Assembly (NCBI RefSeq): GCF_009914755.1
Contig: NC_060925.1
Length of the DNA: 64,000 bases
Origin: the human T2T-CHM13v2.0 reference genome, Homo sapiens
Reading direction: 5' to 3' (one strand)
Position numbers and translations under genes: made by a program
In this document: in pieces, positions 22,364 to 36,983 of the stretch
How positions within the stretch are numbered: position 1 is the first letter of the stretch
How the letters are laid out: the number at the start of each line of letters is the position of its first letter
Notes under the pieces: model-generated
What the model was told of the DNA's origin: nothing
The model's input: the letters and a program-made list of their open reading frames with translations, nothing else
Databases searched by the model: none

Positions 22364-24269
22364 TTCTAAGAGACGAAATTTGTTGTCTCAACAGAAACTT
22401 ATTTAAACATTTGAGAAGATCCAAACAAACCTCCTGATGAAGAAAATGAAAAAGAGGAGAGAGGAGGGGACAGGAAGGGAAGAGAGGACTAGCAGTACTC
22501 ATAGCGGTAGTAGTTGCTGTTTCTTAGGCCTGCTTTAGAACTCCGACAGCTTCATGCAGATACTGTAGGCATCTCCATCTGGGCAAAAATATTAACAAAG
22601 TGAATCTTTTAAATTTTCACATTTGAATGTCAAATTTGTTGCCAAACCTTTAATAATAGAAACATGGGTCTTTCAAAAATTAACAACAAAGACCAATTTC
22701 TTTTGAAACACTCACTGGAGAGCTTAATTTTGAATTGCTGGGTAACATGACATGGCTTTATTCCTCTAAATCCCAGGATGGGTGTGGGAGGCACTCTGTC
22801 CGGCCTGACTAGCCGCTCCCTGAAGGGGTGGTGAGGCAAGGGGTGCTGGTCCTCTGCAGGGAGCAGTGCAGGGTGGGGAGGGTCATGCTCCAGGTGCTGC
22901 TGAGGGTGTCAAAGACCAGTGAAACAGCCGAGGGAACACATGCATGACATAAGCCCCACTGTGACGCCTGTTGGCATTACAAAAAATAGACTGTGAATGG
23001 ATTTCAGGTGGAAAATGGAAAAGGCATAGATCCTTTCTCCTGGGTCTGACAGGTGGGAAAATTAAAAAAATATAAACACACACACAAAAACCAAAAAAGC
23101 CACAGTGAATCAAGAACATGGACAGAGAGAGAAATATGAGAATGTAGGTGGGCCTTGAGCACCTCAGACCCTAAAACTGGAATCTGGGCTAACCTCTGTC
23201 TACATCTCCAAGGAGCAAGGAGGCCCCAAATACCATATGACTTGCATATTTTCTACAATTTTCAATATACAAATGAGTGAGATCAGTGCTACTTAAATGA
23301 CAGGCTAGATAAAATGAGAATTGCCCATCCTGCTTGGTTCCAAAAATTTTATCCAAGCAAGCCAGACTACTAGAAAGAAACATCTGGAAGGGCTAGCATC
23401 AGGTTAGGTGTCTATAAAAATGCCTTAGCAAAACTGCAATTACATAGTTGAAGGCTTACATAAAAGAGAAATACTCATCTATGGCATCAACTTCAAGAAT
23501 ATCAAAAAATCTAATGCTGCTGGTAGAGAACATGTTTTTCAATGTCTCCTACCTAAGGATCCACACTATATAGCCTTCTTACCATACAGGAAAAACTCTC
23601 TCCTCCAAAGGGCTGTTGTAATATTTTGCCACACAATAAGAATGCCACAACTCATCAAGTCTTTTTTTTTCCCACTTGTCTTGGTTGTCAGAAAACTTAC
23701 AGAGTAAAATTTCAAATTTACAACAAAAATATGATACTGTGCTATGAAAGATCACGCATGTGAACAACAGGGACAAGATCCCTGCCCTCATGCAAGAAAC
23801 AGACATTAAATAGGCAAACAGATCTAATGGCAACCCCATATTCCATGGGCCCAGACAGTTCAGCCTTGGGCCACTAAAGGTACACCAAAATAAACAAAAG
23901 ATAATTTCATTCTTTACTTAGCATTTCAAAGAACATAAAGGAAAGATAAATTGAGATTCCAAACACCTGCATCTCAAAAGGCCTTTTCCCCTTCTCAAAT
24001 CTCTCAGATGCCATAGCTATCCCAGAGCCTTACTCACACCAAACAAACCCAATACTTTCTTTCCATTCCCAGATCCACGAGGCTTTCTTTTCCCCTTTCC
24101 CACATCTCTAACCATGAGGTTCAACTTAACTTCCCTTCCAATAAACAAAACAGAATCCTTATTCTTTAGGAGAAAAGAGAAGTAAAACTGAAACGACCTC
24201 AGATTCTAACAGGCAGAGGGATTGTTGGATGAAGAGAAGGCAGTAAACAGGATGCTTGGATAATTTTTG

Positions 24270-25080
24270 TCTGGCAATATAAATACAATTGTGAGAGAAT
24301 ATAGAAAAGGTGGTATTACTCACTTAGCATAGGGGTCAGGAGAGATCTCCCTCACAAAGTAACATTTACAGCCAAGACCTGCAGGATATAGAACCAGCTA
24401 CTCAAAGAACAGGAGGAAAGACCAGGCCTGGCAGGGAAAGCTTATGTGTGAATATCTGAGGCCTGGGCATTCTCTAAGAACTGAAACACACAATCTAACT
24501 AGAAAAAAAGAAACAAGCACAGGGAAAACTGATAGGAGATGGGGCTGGAAAGATGGGTGGGATAAAACCAGTCAGGGCCTTCTTCCATCCTAGCGAAAAC
24601 TCTGGTGTTATAGCAAGTACAATAAACACCCAACAGAGCTTTCTAAGAGGGGCAGATCACTCTGATGCTTGTGAAGAAGGACTGGTTGGGAAGAGGTAGG
24701 GAATAGCTAAAGAGACATGCAGAAGACGTAAACCAGGGGTGGCAAGGGAGAGTTCAGGCAGCTATTCAGATTTGATGTGCAGAGACTGGTGAGAGATTGA
24801 TTACAAGTGGAGAGAGGGGGCTGTATCAAGCGTAATTCTTGGGACTCTGTATGTTGATCCTTAAGTAAATGGGGTTAAAGGAAGAGATGATTTGAATAGA
24901 AATATCAAGAGTTCAGTCCTGAAACTTAATCCATTATATATTAACAGAATATTATTATATTTAGAAATAATAATACTTAAATTCAATTGCAATGTCTCCC
25001 TCATTGTTATTTGCCCAGGGCTTCCAACAGTGTCTGGCAACAAGGCAAGTGCACGATAAATATTTGCAGAATGAATAAAA
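24270..25080. mobile_element. L2 remnants (minus-strand body, plus-strand 3' end at ~24985-25080)
   Basis: caacagtgtctggcaacaagg...ataaatatttgcagaatgaata L2 terminus; purine-rich body. Confidence 0.55.
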
Positions 25081-26033
25081 TTTCCTCTGGTAATTCTCTC
25101 TCTGGTATTCAAAATATCTGAGCAATATCTTTAGATTAAAACAAATTATGTTTGATGAAATATAACTCTAGATTTGAAATGTGAGAAACATGCTTTTTGT
25201 TTTTATCATATAAACTACAGAAAGTAAACTTCAAGAAAATATTCTTGTCTAGTGGAGCCTGAGTTTGAAGATAATACTTGGAAACACTGTTCTATTTGAC
25301 CTCGGATTATTTAAATTTTTCTTTTTAATTCTGCAGCATGTGTGCTTTTTATTGTGAGTGACTTCAAATTCCTTCTGGAAGTAGATGGGGAATAAATTAG
25401 AAAGAAACACTGTGCCTCAGATTAAATGTGATTTGCGGAGCTTAACGGCTACATTCTCACTCCCTGCTCCATCCCAACAGTGAAGGTCCTCTCAGGGCTC
25501 ATTCTGGGAAATGCAAAGCTCAGGCAGGGGCTGCCGCTCCGGATGACCAACAGGATAGTGCATCCTGGTCCCAGAGTCCCTCCAGAGCTCTAGAATCTCC
25601 ATCCCCCATTCTCATTCTCTTCGTCCCACTACCATTAGTCCTTGTGTTTAAAAGATAAACATCCTGGGCTAATATTTCAGTAGACAGGCCTGACCTCTAT
25701 GCTATTTTCCCTTAGGTAAGCCATGTAGAACTGTGCCAGGCACTTATTACACAGTCGAGAAATCTTAGATATTCGCAGTAGTGATGGCATATGCATCTCA
25801 AAGAGTCTTTCTTCATTCAAGGGGGTAAATGAGAATTGTTAGAATTTCAAAAACTGGGCCAAGGTCGGTCAGAAGAAATTCTAGGCAAGAGGACCTTTCA
25901 TTTCCCTTCAAAAAACACTATGAAGGCTAATTCTGAATCTACCTGTTTCTACCACATGTGATGCTTATGGTATGCCTCTTATTTTACCTTTTCTTTTGCT
26001 AACTTTTCTTTTTTTAAAAAAACAAACAAACAT

Positions 26034-26086
26034 TTTTTGCCATTAAAAGTAATGGCAAAGCCCCAATTATTTTTGCACCAACTTAA
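26034..26086. mobile_element. Partial MADE1 (Hsmar1-derived MITE)
   Basis: tttttgccattaaaagtaatggcaaa...caattatttttgcaccaacttaa; most of one terminal repeat is missing. Confidence 0.85.
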
Positions 26087-27974
26087 ATACAATTATACTT
26101 CTTTATTTTTTACTCAGGTTTAACTTATTCCTGGGACATTTAAGAAAACTGTCTGATTGCTAGATCCTATTCACAGTGAGAAAACAAAAACAAAAAACAC
26201 AAAAAACCTGGACTCCAGTTTTAGATGCCAAGATCTGAGTCCAGTTGCTTACTTTAGCACCCTTATGGATAAAGAAACTCCTGTGAACTGAGATCCTCAA
26301 CTGTACTGTAAATGATACAGCATCAAACTTGTACACATTTGCTCAAATGCTCCTGTGACTGCTAGTTTCCTGAGCTACAAAACGGGTATGACAAGGTTTA
26401 TTAATTTAAATCTCATAGAAAAATTCATAAAAGCACAATGGATATATTGGATTTGGGGAAAACATATCCATAGCTTCTTAACAAAATTTTGAACATTGCT
26501 ATAGGCAGTTATATCCATATTTTCCAGCATGATTATGAAAACCAGTTTAACCCAATAAAACCATTTGCCGTCCTGTTTCACATATGACTAAATGGAATTG
26601 TGAGAGACAGTTAGTGACAAAAAAAAAATAAAACCCTTTTGGAATAAATAAAAGTAAGCAATGCATATCGATCAGCCTCTTAAAGATTTAAATACATTAT
26701 TTACATTATGCCCCCCAGAACTACAGCCCTTGCACTCTATTTGGTCTATTTGGCTCAATAACTTTTCCAACAACCTCAAGAACATATCAGTCCTGCTACC
26801 ACTTATCACAAAAAAAAAAGCGGGGGGGAATCCTCCTGCCGTATCCAAGTGGGTCACTGCTACTTTTCTCTTTGTTCAGCCTTTCCTATGGAGGTCTGTC
26901 AGGTTCTAATGTGGTTCACTGCATATTTTAAATGCTGGAAGTGGTTATGGCCAAAGAAGGTCAGAGAACATGACTGCGAGAGACAGAGGCTGAGATTTAG
27001 GTCACCTCTGGGGAGAATATTTATGTTCACCAGATACTTACTGTTCATTAGTGTTCATGCTTTTCCATGGCCTTATTTAATGTTCTAAATTAAGAGCCCT
27101 AATTTAGAGGCTTAACATAGTATTTTAAGTGCCTTAACAGTGATTTGCAATAATTTTAAATAAAAATGATCCAATCATCCTATAAACAGAATTGCCATCT
27201 TCTGTAAATAGAAATGGCAAGCATTTCAAAACTCTTAAAAATATCAGCTCCCTTGATTTCCCTCCACCCTCTCACCAATGCCTCCCTTTCCTTTTCAGAA
27301 TTCCTTAAAGCAATAGTCCAGAGCACTCTAGGGGAACTCAAGGGACTCGTGTTGATACTAAAGACACTGGGAAGAAGCCATCCTGTGGAGATACACAAGG
27401 CTTGCTGTTCTTCATGCATTGTCATGGATGCTGCAGGAGTTATTTTCTTTTATTCTCCGTGACTTATCAAAAAGGAGTACTACAGATTTAATAATGGATA
27501 AGCAGCAAAATTTGAACCATAGGCAAAATCAAACTTCAGGATTTACCTATATTATTCTATTTTTATGAGCATCAGACAGGCAAAACCTGTCTTACAAAGC
27601 TGGAAGCAGACATTATCAGGGCTTTCCTACATGATGAACTTCAAAGAAGAAGGAAATAAAACAATGGAATATTCTGATGCCTGCTCAGATTTTATTTTAC
27701 CATATATAATATAACCCTTATTTATAGAAGCCCTCAACTTCAACTCTGAGCAATTCTCCAAAAAGATACTTCTACCCTCCCAATATCTGCATAGACATTC
27801 AACGGAACTCTAAAACAACAAAAACTACTTCTACTGGTGTGTTATTTTATTGCTGAGATGCTTGGAAAACAATCAAAGATTAAGAAACCCAGGTTCTGTG
27901 CATGTGCTGCAGCCATCCTTATTGTGGTGGAACAATTTAAATCCGTACATACCCCTATATGTATAAACCTGTAA

Positions 27975-28672
<698 letters not shown>

Positions 28673-28999
28673 GCCTGTCATACAGTCCAAGGAACCTGCC
28701 TGCTCTAGGACATGAAATTCAATTTCCTTCTCTGCAGACATTCCTTCACTCATCTGAAGATTATATAGCCAAACGAAACCCATAAAAAAAAAAGCCTAGC
28801 ATATAAGAGCAAAGGCTCGAGATCAGCTCTGTCTTTGCATATTACCACTAACCCAATCATCCTATCACTCCAATTCAAATTGTTTAACTCCAAGTGACTT
28901 CCTAAAAAGAAAAAATAGTATACTAGAATATGTTATGTAGTTTTATAAGTCTTGTAAGTATACTAGAATCCCAAATGCAATTATTATTAATAATAATAG

Positions 29000-29225
29000 C
29001 AATAATAATAGGTATCACCTATTGTTCAATATCACATAGCTGTAGCTGCTATTGTACTATTTGGCTAGCTCTCTGCTGATACATATTACCTAGAATTTGA
29101 AATAAATATCATTCCTATTTTACAGATGAGGAAACTGAGGCTGTGAGAGGTTAAATAACTTAGCTTTCATTATGCAGCCAGTTCATGGCAGTGATAATAG
29201 ATGAACCCAGAATTGACTATAAGCT
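29000..29225 (-). mobile_element. MIR
   Basis: cctattttacagatgaggaaactgaggct MIR core. Confidence 0.8.
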
Positions 29226-29610
29226 TAAATATTTTGGCTATATAATCCTGTCTTCAAAATATTAGATAAAATAATCCTGAGAATCTTTATTTTCCTAATT
29301 TCAGAACCACAATAAAACATCCTACTCCCACCTCTAGTTTACATTAACACAAGCATTTCTTAAAACAAGGAAAAAAAATTGATAGAATTTGTCAACAACT
29401 GGTAAATAATCTTTATAAGCGTAAATAGTTTGGCTATAGAATCCTGTCTCTTAAAATGTTAGATAAAATAACCTTGAGAATCTTTATTTTCCTAATTTCA
29501 GAACCACAATAAAACATCCTATTCCTACCTCTAGTTTACATTAACATGAGCATTTCTTAAAACAAAGAAAAAAAACTGACAGAATTTGTCAACAAATGGT
29601 ATATAATCTT
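29218..29610. repeat. Two-copy tandem duplication, unit ~196 bp (29218-29413, 29414-29610), ~91% identical
   Basis: Manual alignment, about 17 differences. Confidence 0.95.
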
Positions 29611-30392
29611 AGAACCCAAATGAAACAAATTCCAAATGTAGTTTTCCTTAATTTCCCCTTTTGCTAACAGTTTTATTTCAGGGTATCCTATATATTTCTA
29701 CAAAAAGGGTCATTGTGTACCTTTCAATCCTTAAACATCAAAACTAAAAAGAAACACCTATAATGACCTGTTCTTGGTTATTACGTCTCAGAATGCCATT
29801 CCTTTTGAAACAGGGTTGATTTATTTTCTACCTCTTTGTTGAGCTTCCTCCTCAGTGGAACTAAAAGCCACTTAAAGAAATCAAGCCCTTAAAGCATTCC
29901 TTAAATACACGAAGCATTTTAGCCAAGATTCAAATAAGCGAGTTAAAACAGAATAATTCAATCTTTCTATTAAAAATAAGATATATGCATTTACATATCT
30001 GTTTGTGTATGTACACTTGGAGGCATTTCTATTTAAAGGTATATAATTTAAAAATATAGTTATTACATAAAAAGTTTATCATTAGAATAATTAATATTTT
30101 CTTGGGCTGCTGAGAGCTAAAGAACTAAAACATGCCTATAAGAAAGTCAAACAGAAGATTAGAGCTCCCTCTTTCTTCTTTTTGAAGGAATTCAACAAAA
30201 CTCCTCTCCTAGGAGACCAAAGTTATCAAGCAGCCAGCAGCCTAGTAGCACTCCTGCTCACAGCAAAAACATTCCCGTCGCTGTACACATTATACATGCT
30301 ACAAGCATTAGAGTACACTTATTGGTTGTTCATTATTCATAAGTGATTTAACTAGTAAAAATAAAAGCACTTTTAAAAATAGAAATACTCAC

Positions 30393-30502
30393 AAAGCCAT
30401 TTCAAACTGTTCTAGCCATTTCTTCTTTAAATCTTTTGTTTTGCAATAAAATTCTAACCCATTTTGTCCTTGGGTATGGATGAGGTAGAAGCCATAAGAC
30501 CA
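30393..30502 (-). CDS. VAV3: VAV3 exon 15 (110 nt): [37 protein letters not shown] (end of PH)
   Basis: ttaacag|TGGTCT...GGCTTT|gtgagt; ends in phase 2. Confidence 0.97.
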
Positions 30503-30886
30503 CTGTTAAAATTAATATTCCTTAGATTAATATGTATCATTAATAACATGTTTCTAAATTCACAAGAATACCACAACTATCCAAAAACTCCTCACAATAT
30601 TATCAATGTACAAACTGAACAATCAAGCTTATTGTAGTCAACTTCATATCTATAACAATTTCTATGCCAAATGCGTTTTATTATCTGGATCATTAGGGCA
30701 TTAGAAATGATCAGATCTGGCTGTGGCATTATCCAGTTATTTCTCACAAAGTTATGTACCTAATCAATCTCTAGAAACAAAAACATCTGGATTGATAAGC
30801 CATATCTCACATTAATGTATTATCATACTTTTCCTTAATGTTCAAGATTATAAGTAAATTACAGTTATTAGTTTCCAAAAAGTCAC

Positions 30887-31019
30887 CTTTTTGTTTTCTT
30901 TATCGGTTGTAGGATTATTGGCTATCTTGTACTGCTGAAGATCTATTATTTCCTTCATTTCATAGTTATCACCTTTTCTCTTACATACGATCACTGCCAA
31001 ATCAAATAAGAAGATATGC
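30887..31019 (-). CDS. VAV3: VAV3 exon 14 (133 nt): HIFLFDLAVIVCKRKGDNYEMKEIIDLQQYKIANNPTTDKENKK
   Basis: ttttcccag|GCATATC...AAAAAG|gtgact; overlaps ORF 30848..31066. Confidence 0.97.
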
Positions 31020-31429
31020 CTGGGAAAAAGAGATTGATTGATTGATTTTAAATGGTTTAGAAGCATGGGTTATTAATTTTTTTGGGTATAAAGCAACCAA
31101 ATGTTTTTTTCTTTGCATTAAAGACAACAGGTAGTATCATACACTGAAAACAACGGGGTATTTGAGGTTATAAGAACTGTGTGTGGAATTTCCCTTTACC
31201 TTGTAAATGGCCTCAGTGTGCTTTGGTTCCCTCATTTTAAAAATGGGCAAAAATCATAGTAAGAGTAAAATGCACACTGCAGAGTTGTTGAAAGGGCCAA
31301 GTGAGATAAGCCATAAAGTTTGTTCATGAGCAATTATCTTTTTTAATTTAAAAGCTAAAAACCTATAGAATAATATTAATGACATCCGTAGCAGCTTCTA
31401 CTGAAGTTACTAGGAATCAGCCAGAATGC

Positions 31430-31650
31430 CTTGAGAAGTGTTGTTCATCCCTTTCACAAACATGACTCAATTTAAATCCCCAAGACCACATGCTGGGAAG
31501 GTATCATTGCCATCTTCATTTTATTGAGGAGGAAACTGAGGCTTAGAGAAGTTAGATAATTTGTTCAAGATCACACTGCTAGTGAGGCATGTAACAGGAT
31601 TCACAAACAGGTCTAATTTTGGAAACTGTGCTTTTACCCTCTATATTGTT
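31430..31650 (-). mobile_element. MIR
   Basis: cattttattgaggaggaaactgaggcttagagaagttagataatttgttcaagatcacac. Confidence 0.8.
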
Positions 31651-32544
31651 CCTCATGATTTAATTGGCCACCTAAAAACCCAAACTGAATGGTATATGAG
31701 CCAAGTGTAAACTGAAAACGTTATGGTGAAATTTCCATGTTAATATTTCTTTTTTCTTATTAAGAACAACGTAACTTGGGGGAGAAAATAAACCTTATAA
31801 CCACATCATCCAATACCAATACTTGTGTATTTTTATAAACTCTCAGTGATTAACACACATTTTTTTTATACACAATGATAATGACACATTCACAGGGCTG
31901 TAACACTTGCATCACTTTTAACGTCTATTTCTCCCAGAGAGGTTTAAAGGACCTGTGGAGCCAGGGTTATCGAGGAAGAAGCAAGAGCTGATGCTGCCCC
32001 CTACTGGCTTTCGCTTCTCCAAAGATTCCAGAAAACAATCATTGTCAACCACAAAAACCTCTGTTTGATGATTACATATATACATAATTAAGGACTCCGG
32101 GCCAAGCTTACTAATCTTCAAGAACTACATCTGCAAATTTCCCTCAAGAAAATATTACTACGTGATTCTCACTTAATCTTCTTTCTTAGGGCATTTTTCT
32201 ATTATTTTTGGTTATTTAAAAATATATTCCAAAAATTCAATTATGTTTTTATGGTAGTTATCTGTTCTTACTTTATCGCTCTTCTCATTTTAATGTATCC
32301 TAGCTGATCATCTATACTTGTTACTTCCTTCTTAATAACTTAGACAAACTAATAGATACCAGAACCCAGGTGGGAATACCTAAGATAATCTAGATTTAAA
32401 AAATTTAGAAATCATGGGTTGGTCTGTCTCCTTGTATTTCTTCCTTTTTTCCCCCTACTTCACACTGGAAAAATTGTCTTTAAGGTTTTCTCAGTTTTCT
32501 GACACTAATTACTTATTTTGAAAATAGTATTCTTCTTTTCTTAC

Positions 32545-32630
32545 CTTTCTTGTTTGGTATGCTTGTCTAGAGTGGTTATTCGAATTTCACCATCTCCCTG
32601 AGGTCGTCCAAAAAGCAAAACTGGTTGGTT
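32545..32630 (-). CDS. VAV3: VAV3 exon 13 (86 nt): NQPVLLFGRPQGDGEIRITTLDKHTKQER (start of PH)
   Basis: attttag|AACCAA...AAGAAAG|gtaaga. Confidence 0.97.
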
Positions 32631-32929
32631 CTAAAATATAAAATGCACATGTCAGAGTTTTTCATAATCACATGAAAATAAAAACAAATATTAGTAGAGA
32701 TATTTACTCAAGACAACTACCTTATTACATTAAAATGTTACCATTTTTTATACTTTTAAAGCATACTTACTCTAAAAAGCTCAGGTCTACATGACAAATA
32801 AGTCTGTCCTCTGTAATCCCAGGGGGTATGTCAAGGACATCAATTGATTTTAATTAGTATATATTCTTAAAGGGGAAATTAGCTATGAAAAGAAAGACTC
32901 AACCGGAAGGGTCCAAATTACGAGACGGT

Positions 32930-33180
32930 TCGGCAATTAATATTTTTTGAGCATCTACTACGTGCCAACCACCATAACAGGTGTACGGCAAAATGATACA
33001 GACACTGCCCTCATGAAGCACACTGCGCAGTGGAGGAACAAATATTCACAGAAGCATGCAATTACAAACGCACAATTGCCATGAAGGAGTACAGAAAGGG
33101 GCGGGGGGGCGCGCGCTAATTTGGTCTATAAAGTCCAGGCTGGCTTTCTTGAGCTAGGACCTCAAGGACGAAAAGCTCTG
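32930..33180 (-). mobile_element. L2 3' remnant, unusually CpG-rich
   Basis: aatattttttgagcatctactacgtgcca...ctgccctcatgaagc...tgagctaggacctcaagga. Confidence 0.65.
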
Positions 33181-34886
33181 AGTTAATTATTTAAAATAAT
33201 GAGCTATTTTCCCAGAGGCTGATAACTAAATTATTTTTAAGTGTTTATGAACACTTACTGTACACGCTAGAGGAAAAAAGAATTGACTGAAAATCACTAA
33301 CATTCAGAAATTCCATTTTAATAAAGGGCAGAGATGTGTGATTAACACTATAAATATAAAAATAAATGTATCTTATCAAAATCCCAGTGATGTTTTCTGC
33401 ACAAATAGAAAATTCCATTCTAAAATTCTTATGGAATCTCAAGGGATTCTGAATAGTCAAAACAATCTTGAAAAGGAACAAAGCTGGAAGTCTCATACTT
33501 ACTGACTTGTTTCCAAAACTTATTGCAAAGCCACAATAATCAAAATCATGCGGCACTGGCATACAAACAGGTATATAGACCAACAGAATAGTAGAGAGCC
33601 CAGAAATAAGTCCTCACATATATGGTCAAATGATTTCCAACAAGGTTAACACCATTAAATAGGGAAAGAATAGCCTTTTCAACAAATGGTGCTGGGAAAA
33701 CTGGATATCCACATGTAAAAGAATAAAGGTAGACCCTTCATTACCTTACACCATAAATAAAGAATAACTAAAAATGTTTCAAATACCCAAACATAACAGT
33801 TAAAACTATAAAACTTTTACAAGAAAATGGGGAAAAACTTTATGACAATAGATTCAGCAATTATTTCTTCGAGATTGATAAATGGGACTTTGTCAAAATT
33901 AAAAACTTTTGTGCCTCACAGACAATATCAACAGAGTGAAAAGCCAACAGACACAAGAAAAGTATTTGCAAACCATATGTCTTATAAGGGATTGATATCT
34001 GGGATACAAATAAAGAGCTTCTACAACACAAAGACAAAAAACAACTTGATTCAAAAATGGGCAAAGCATTTGAATAGGCATTTTTCCAAAGAGAATATAC
34101 AAATGGCCAGCAAACACACAAAGACAATATTCAACATCATTAGTCATTAAGAAAATGCAAATCAAACCCACGATGAGATATTGCTTTAAAACCATTAAGA
34201 TGGCTGTTACCCAAACAAACCGAATAGTGAGTGTTGGTAAGGATGTGGAAAAACTGAAACCCTTGTGCATTGGTAGTAGGAAAGTTAAGTGGGGCAGCTG
34301 CTGTGGAAAATGGTATAGCAATTCTTCAATAAATTAACATAATGACCATACAACCCAGAATTCCACTTCCAAGTATATAACTAAAAGAAGTGAAAGCAGG
34401 CACTTGAATAGATATTGGTACACCTGTGACAATAATAATATAACAGTATTATTCACAATAGCTGAAAGAAGGAAGCAACCCAAATGTTCATCAATGAAAA
34501 ACAGTGAGGTATTTATATAAAATGATGTATTATTCAGCTTTAAACAAATGGAAATCAAAAAAATAAAATGTTGACACATGACTACTACAAGGATGAACTT
34601 TGAAGACATTATGCTAAGTAAAAAAAGCCAGTCATGAAATGGCAAATATTGTATGATTTCACTTATATAAGGTGCCCAGAGTAGTTAAGCTTACAGAGAT
34701 AGAAAGTAGATTGGTAGTTTCCAGGGGCCAGGGAAAGAGAAGAATGGGAAGTTCATGTTTAATGAGTACAGAGTTTCAGTTTTGCAAGATGAAGTTTTGG
34801 AGACGGTCACACAACATCATGAATGCACTTCTAATTTGAAAATAATTAGAATGGCAAATTAATGCTATATATATTTATAGCATTAA

Positions 34887-35399
<513 letters not shown>

Positions 35400-35939
35400 T
35401 AAAGAGGAAAAATAATAGGAGATTAGGAAAAGGGATTTATTTTAGATGCACCTTGAATAAATTTGATAGGGAATAGGAAAAAAACATTCTAGGCTCTGAG
35501 ATTACAATTGAAGGCAGAACTGTAGAAACGTATGTCAAATTGGAGACCTTGTAATACAGCAAAATATCCACAATGTAAAGTTTACGGGCAGTTATTAGCT
35601 GGAGGGGTTCAGGAAAATAGCTTAAGTCCAGATCACTGAGGACCTTAAATATCATGCCAAGGAATATTGACTGAATCTTGAAGACAACAACAAAAAAATC
35701 TTGACAAATTTGAGAAAGAGAGTAAATTGAGAAATCCACATTTTGGAAATGCAACTATATGAAGAGATGATGAGAGGCTACTGTGACTGGAAAACTGGCA
35801 GATGATGGTGTCCTGAAATGGGTATGTGGCTGCATGTGTGAAAAGAAAGAGACAGGTTCACAATGTTTCAGAGAAAGCAGCGATGAAACTGCTCTACCAA
35901 AAATGTATCTTAAATTCACTCATCTCTATTTGCACTGCC

Positions 35940-36580
35940 CACAGATTAATCCAGGGCTGCATCCTCTCTTGAAACCACTTCAACAGCTTGCTGGCTGGGC
36001 TGCCTGCTTACAGGGTCTTCTTGAAATGTCAATCAGTCTGTTGTAATACTCCCTGATAGAAACCTTTTAATAGCTTCCCACTGCAGTCACAATAAAATCC
36101 CAATTCAGCATATTGGCCTACAAGGCTGTGTTATGTAATTGCCCTGCCCATTCCTCATGGCTCAGAGCCCACCATCCTTCCCTTCACTCTCCATTTCCAG
36201 CCACTCTTACCTTTCAGCTTCTTGAATACACCTGGTTCTTGCCCAACTCTGAGCATTTCACCTGCTACGGCTTCTGCCTGGGTCACTTTCCCCTAGATCT
36301 TCGTGTGGCTGGCTGCTTCTTATCTGCTAGGTCTCAGTTCAAATGACTTAAAAGGACTTTTTCCAACCAACTTATCTAAACTAGGACTCCCCTTGTAATC
36401 CTCAGTTATAGCAGCCAGTTCACAGCACTAATCTCAATATGGCATTTTTAACTCTTTTTTTTTTAAACTGTCTCCTCAATCTTGAGACCATCTTGTTCAC
36501 AGTTACAGTCCCAGCCCCAAGCAAAGTGTCTGGGTCATAATAGTCACACAGCAAATATATGTAAAATGAATAAATGAATA
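35940..36580 (+). mobile_element. L2 3' portion
   Basis: Pyrimidine-rich body; ends caaatatatgtaaaatgaataaatgaat. Confidence 0.7.
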
Positions 36581-36896
36581 GGAATCAGCCATGAGTATGT
36601 AGGGGGATGAGGGAAAGAAAAGAAAAAAAAAGTGGACTCCTATATTTAGATTCAGACTGCTGGGAGAAGAGGCAGAGTGTGACTAAGGTAAGAGGGACAA
36701 GCCATCACAAAGTCCCTAGACACAAGCAGGTTGCAGGTGCCCTCAGACACCCACATGAACACTGCCAAACAAAGGGACTGGCAACAACCTCCAACAGTAG
36801 AAACTTGAAGGTAAACTATGTTTTCTTCAACAACAACTCCTAGAATGTCGTTGATGTGGGGGTGAGGGGAAGCTGGATGGAAAGATAATTACATAC

Positions 36897-36983
36897 CAAA
36901 TTCTCTATAGATAGCTGAAACTGTTTAATTTCACGAAGGGTCTCATTATCTCTTTTCACTTCATTCACATATTGTGCCAAGTC
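36897..36983 (-). CDS. VAV3: VAV3 exon 12 (87 nt): [29 protein letters not shown] (end of DH)
   Basis: ttgtctag|GACTTG...AATTTG|gtatgt. Confidence 0.97.

Noticed and set aside
25704-25722. Recursive-splice-like motif ttttcccttag|gtaag
   Set aside because: On the plus strand, antisense to VAV3, with no evidence for a plus-strand transcript
29218-29610. CRISPR-like or spacer array
   Set aside because: Only two adjacent copies with no spacers, in eukaryotic intron; no such array seen anywhere in the window
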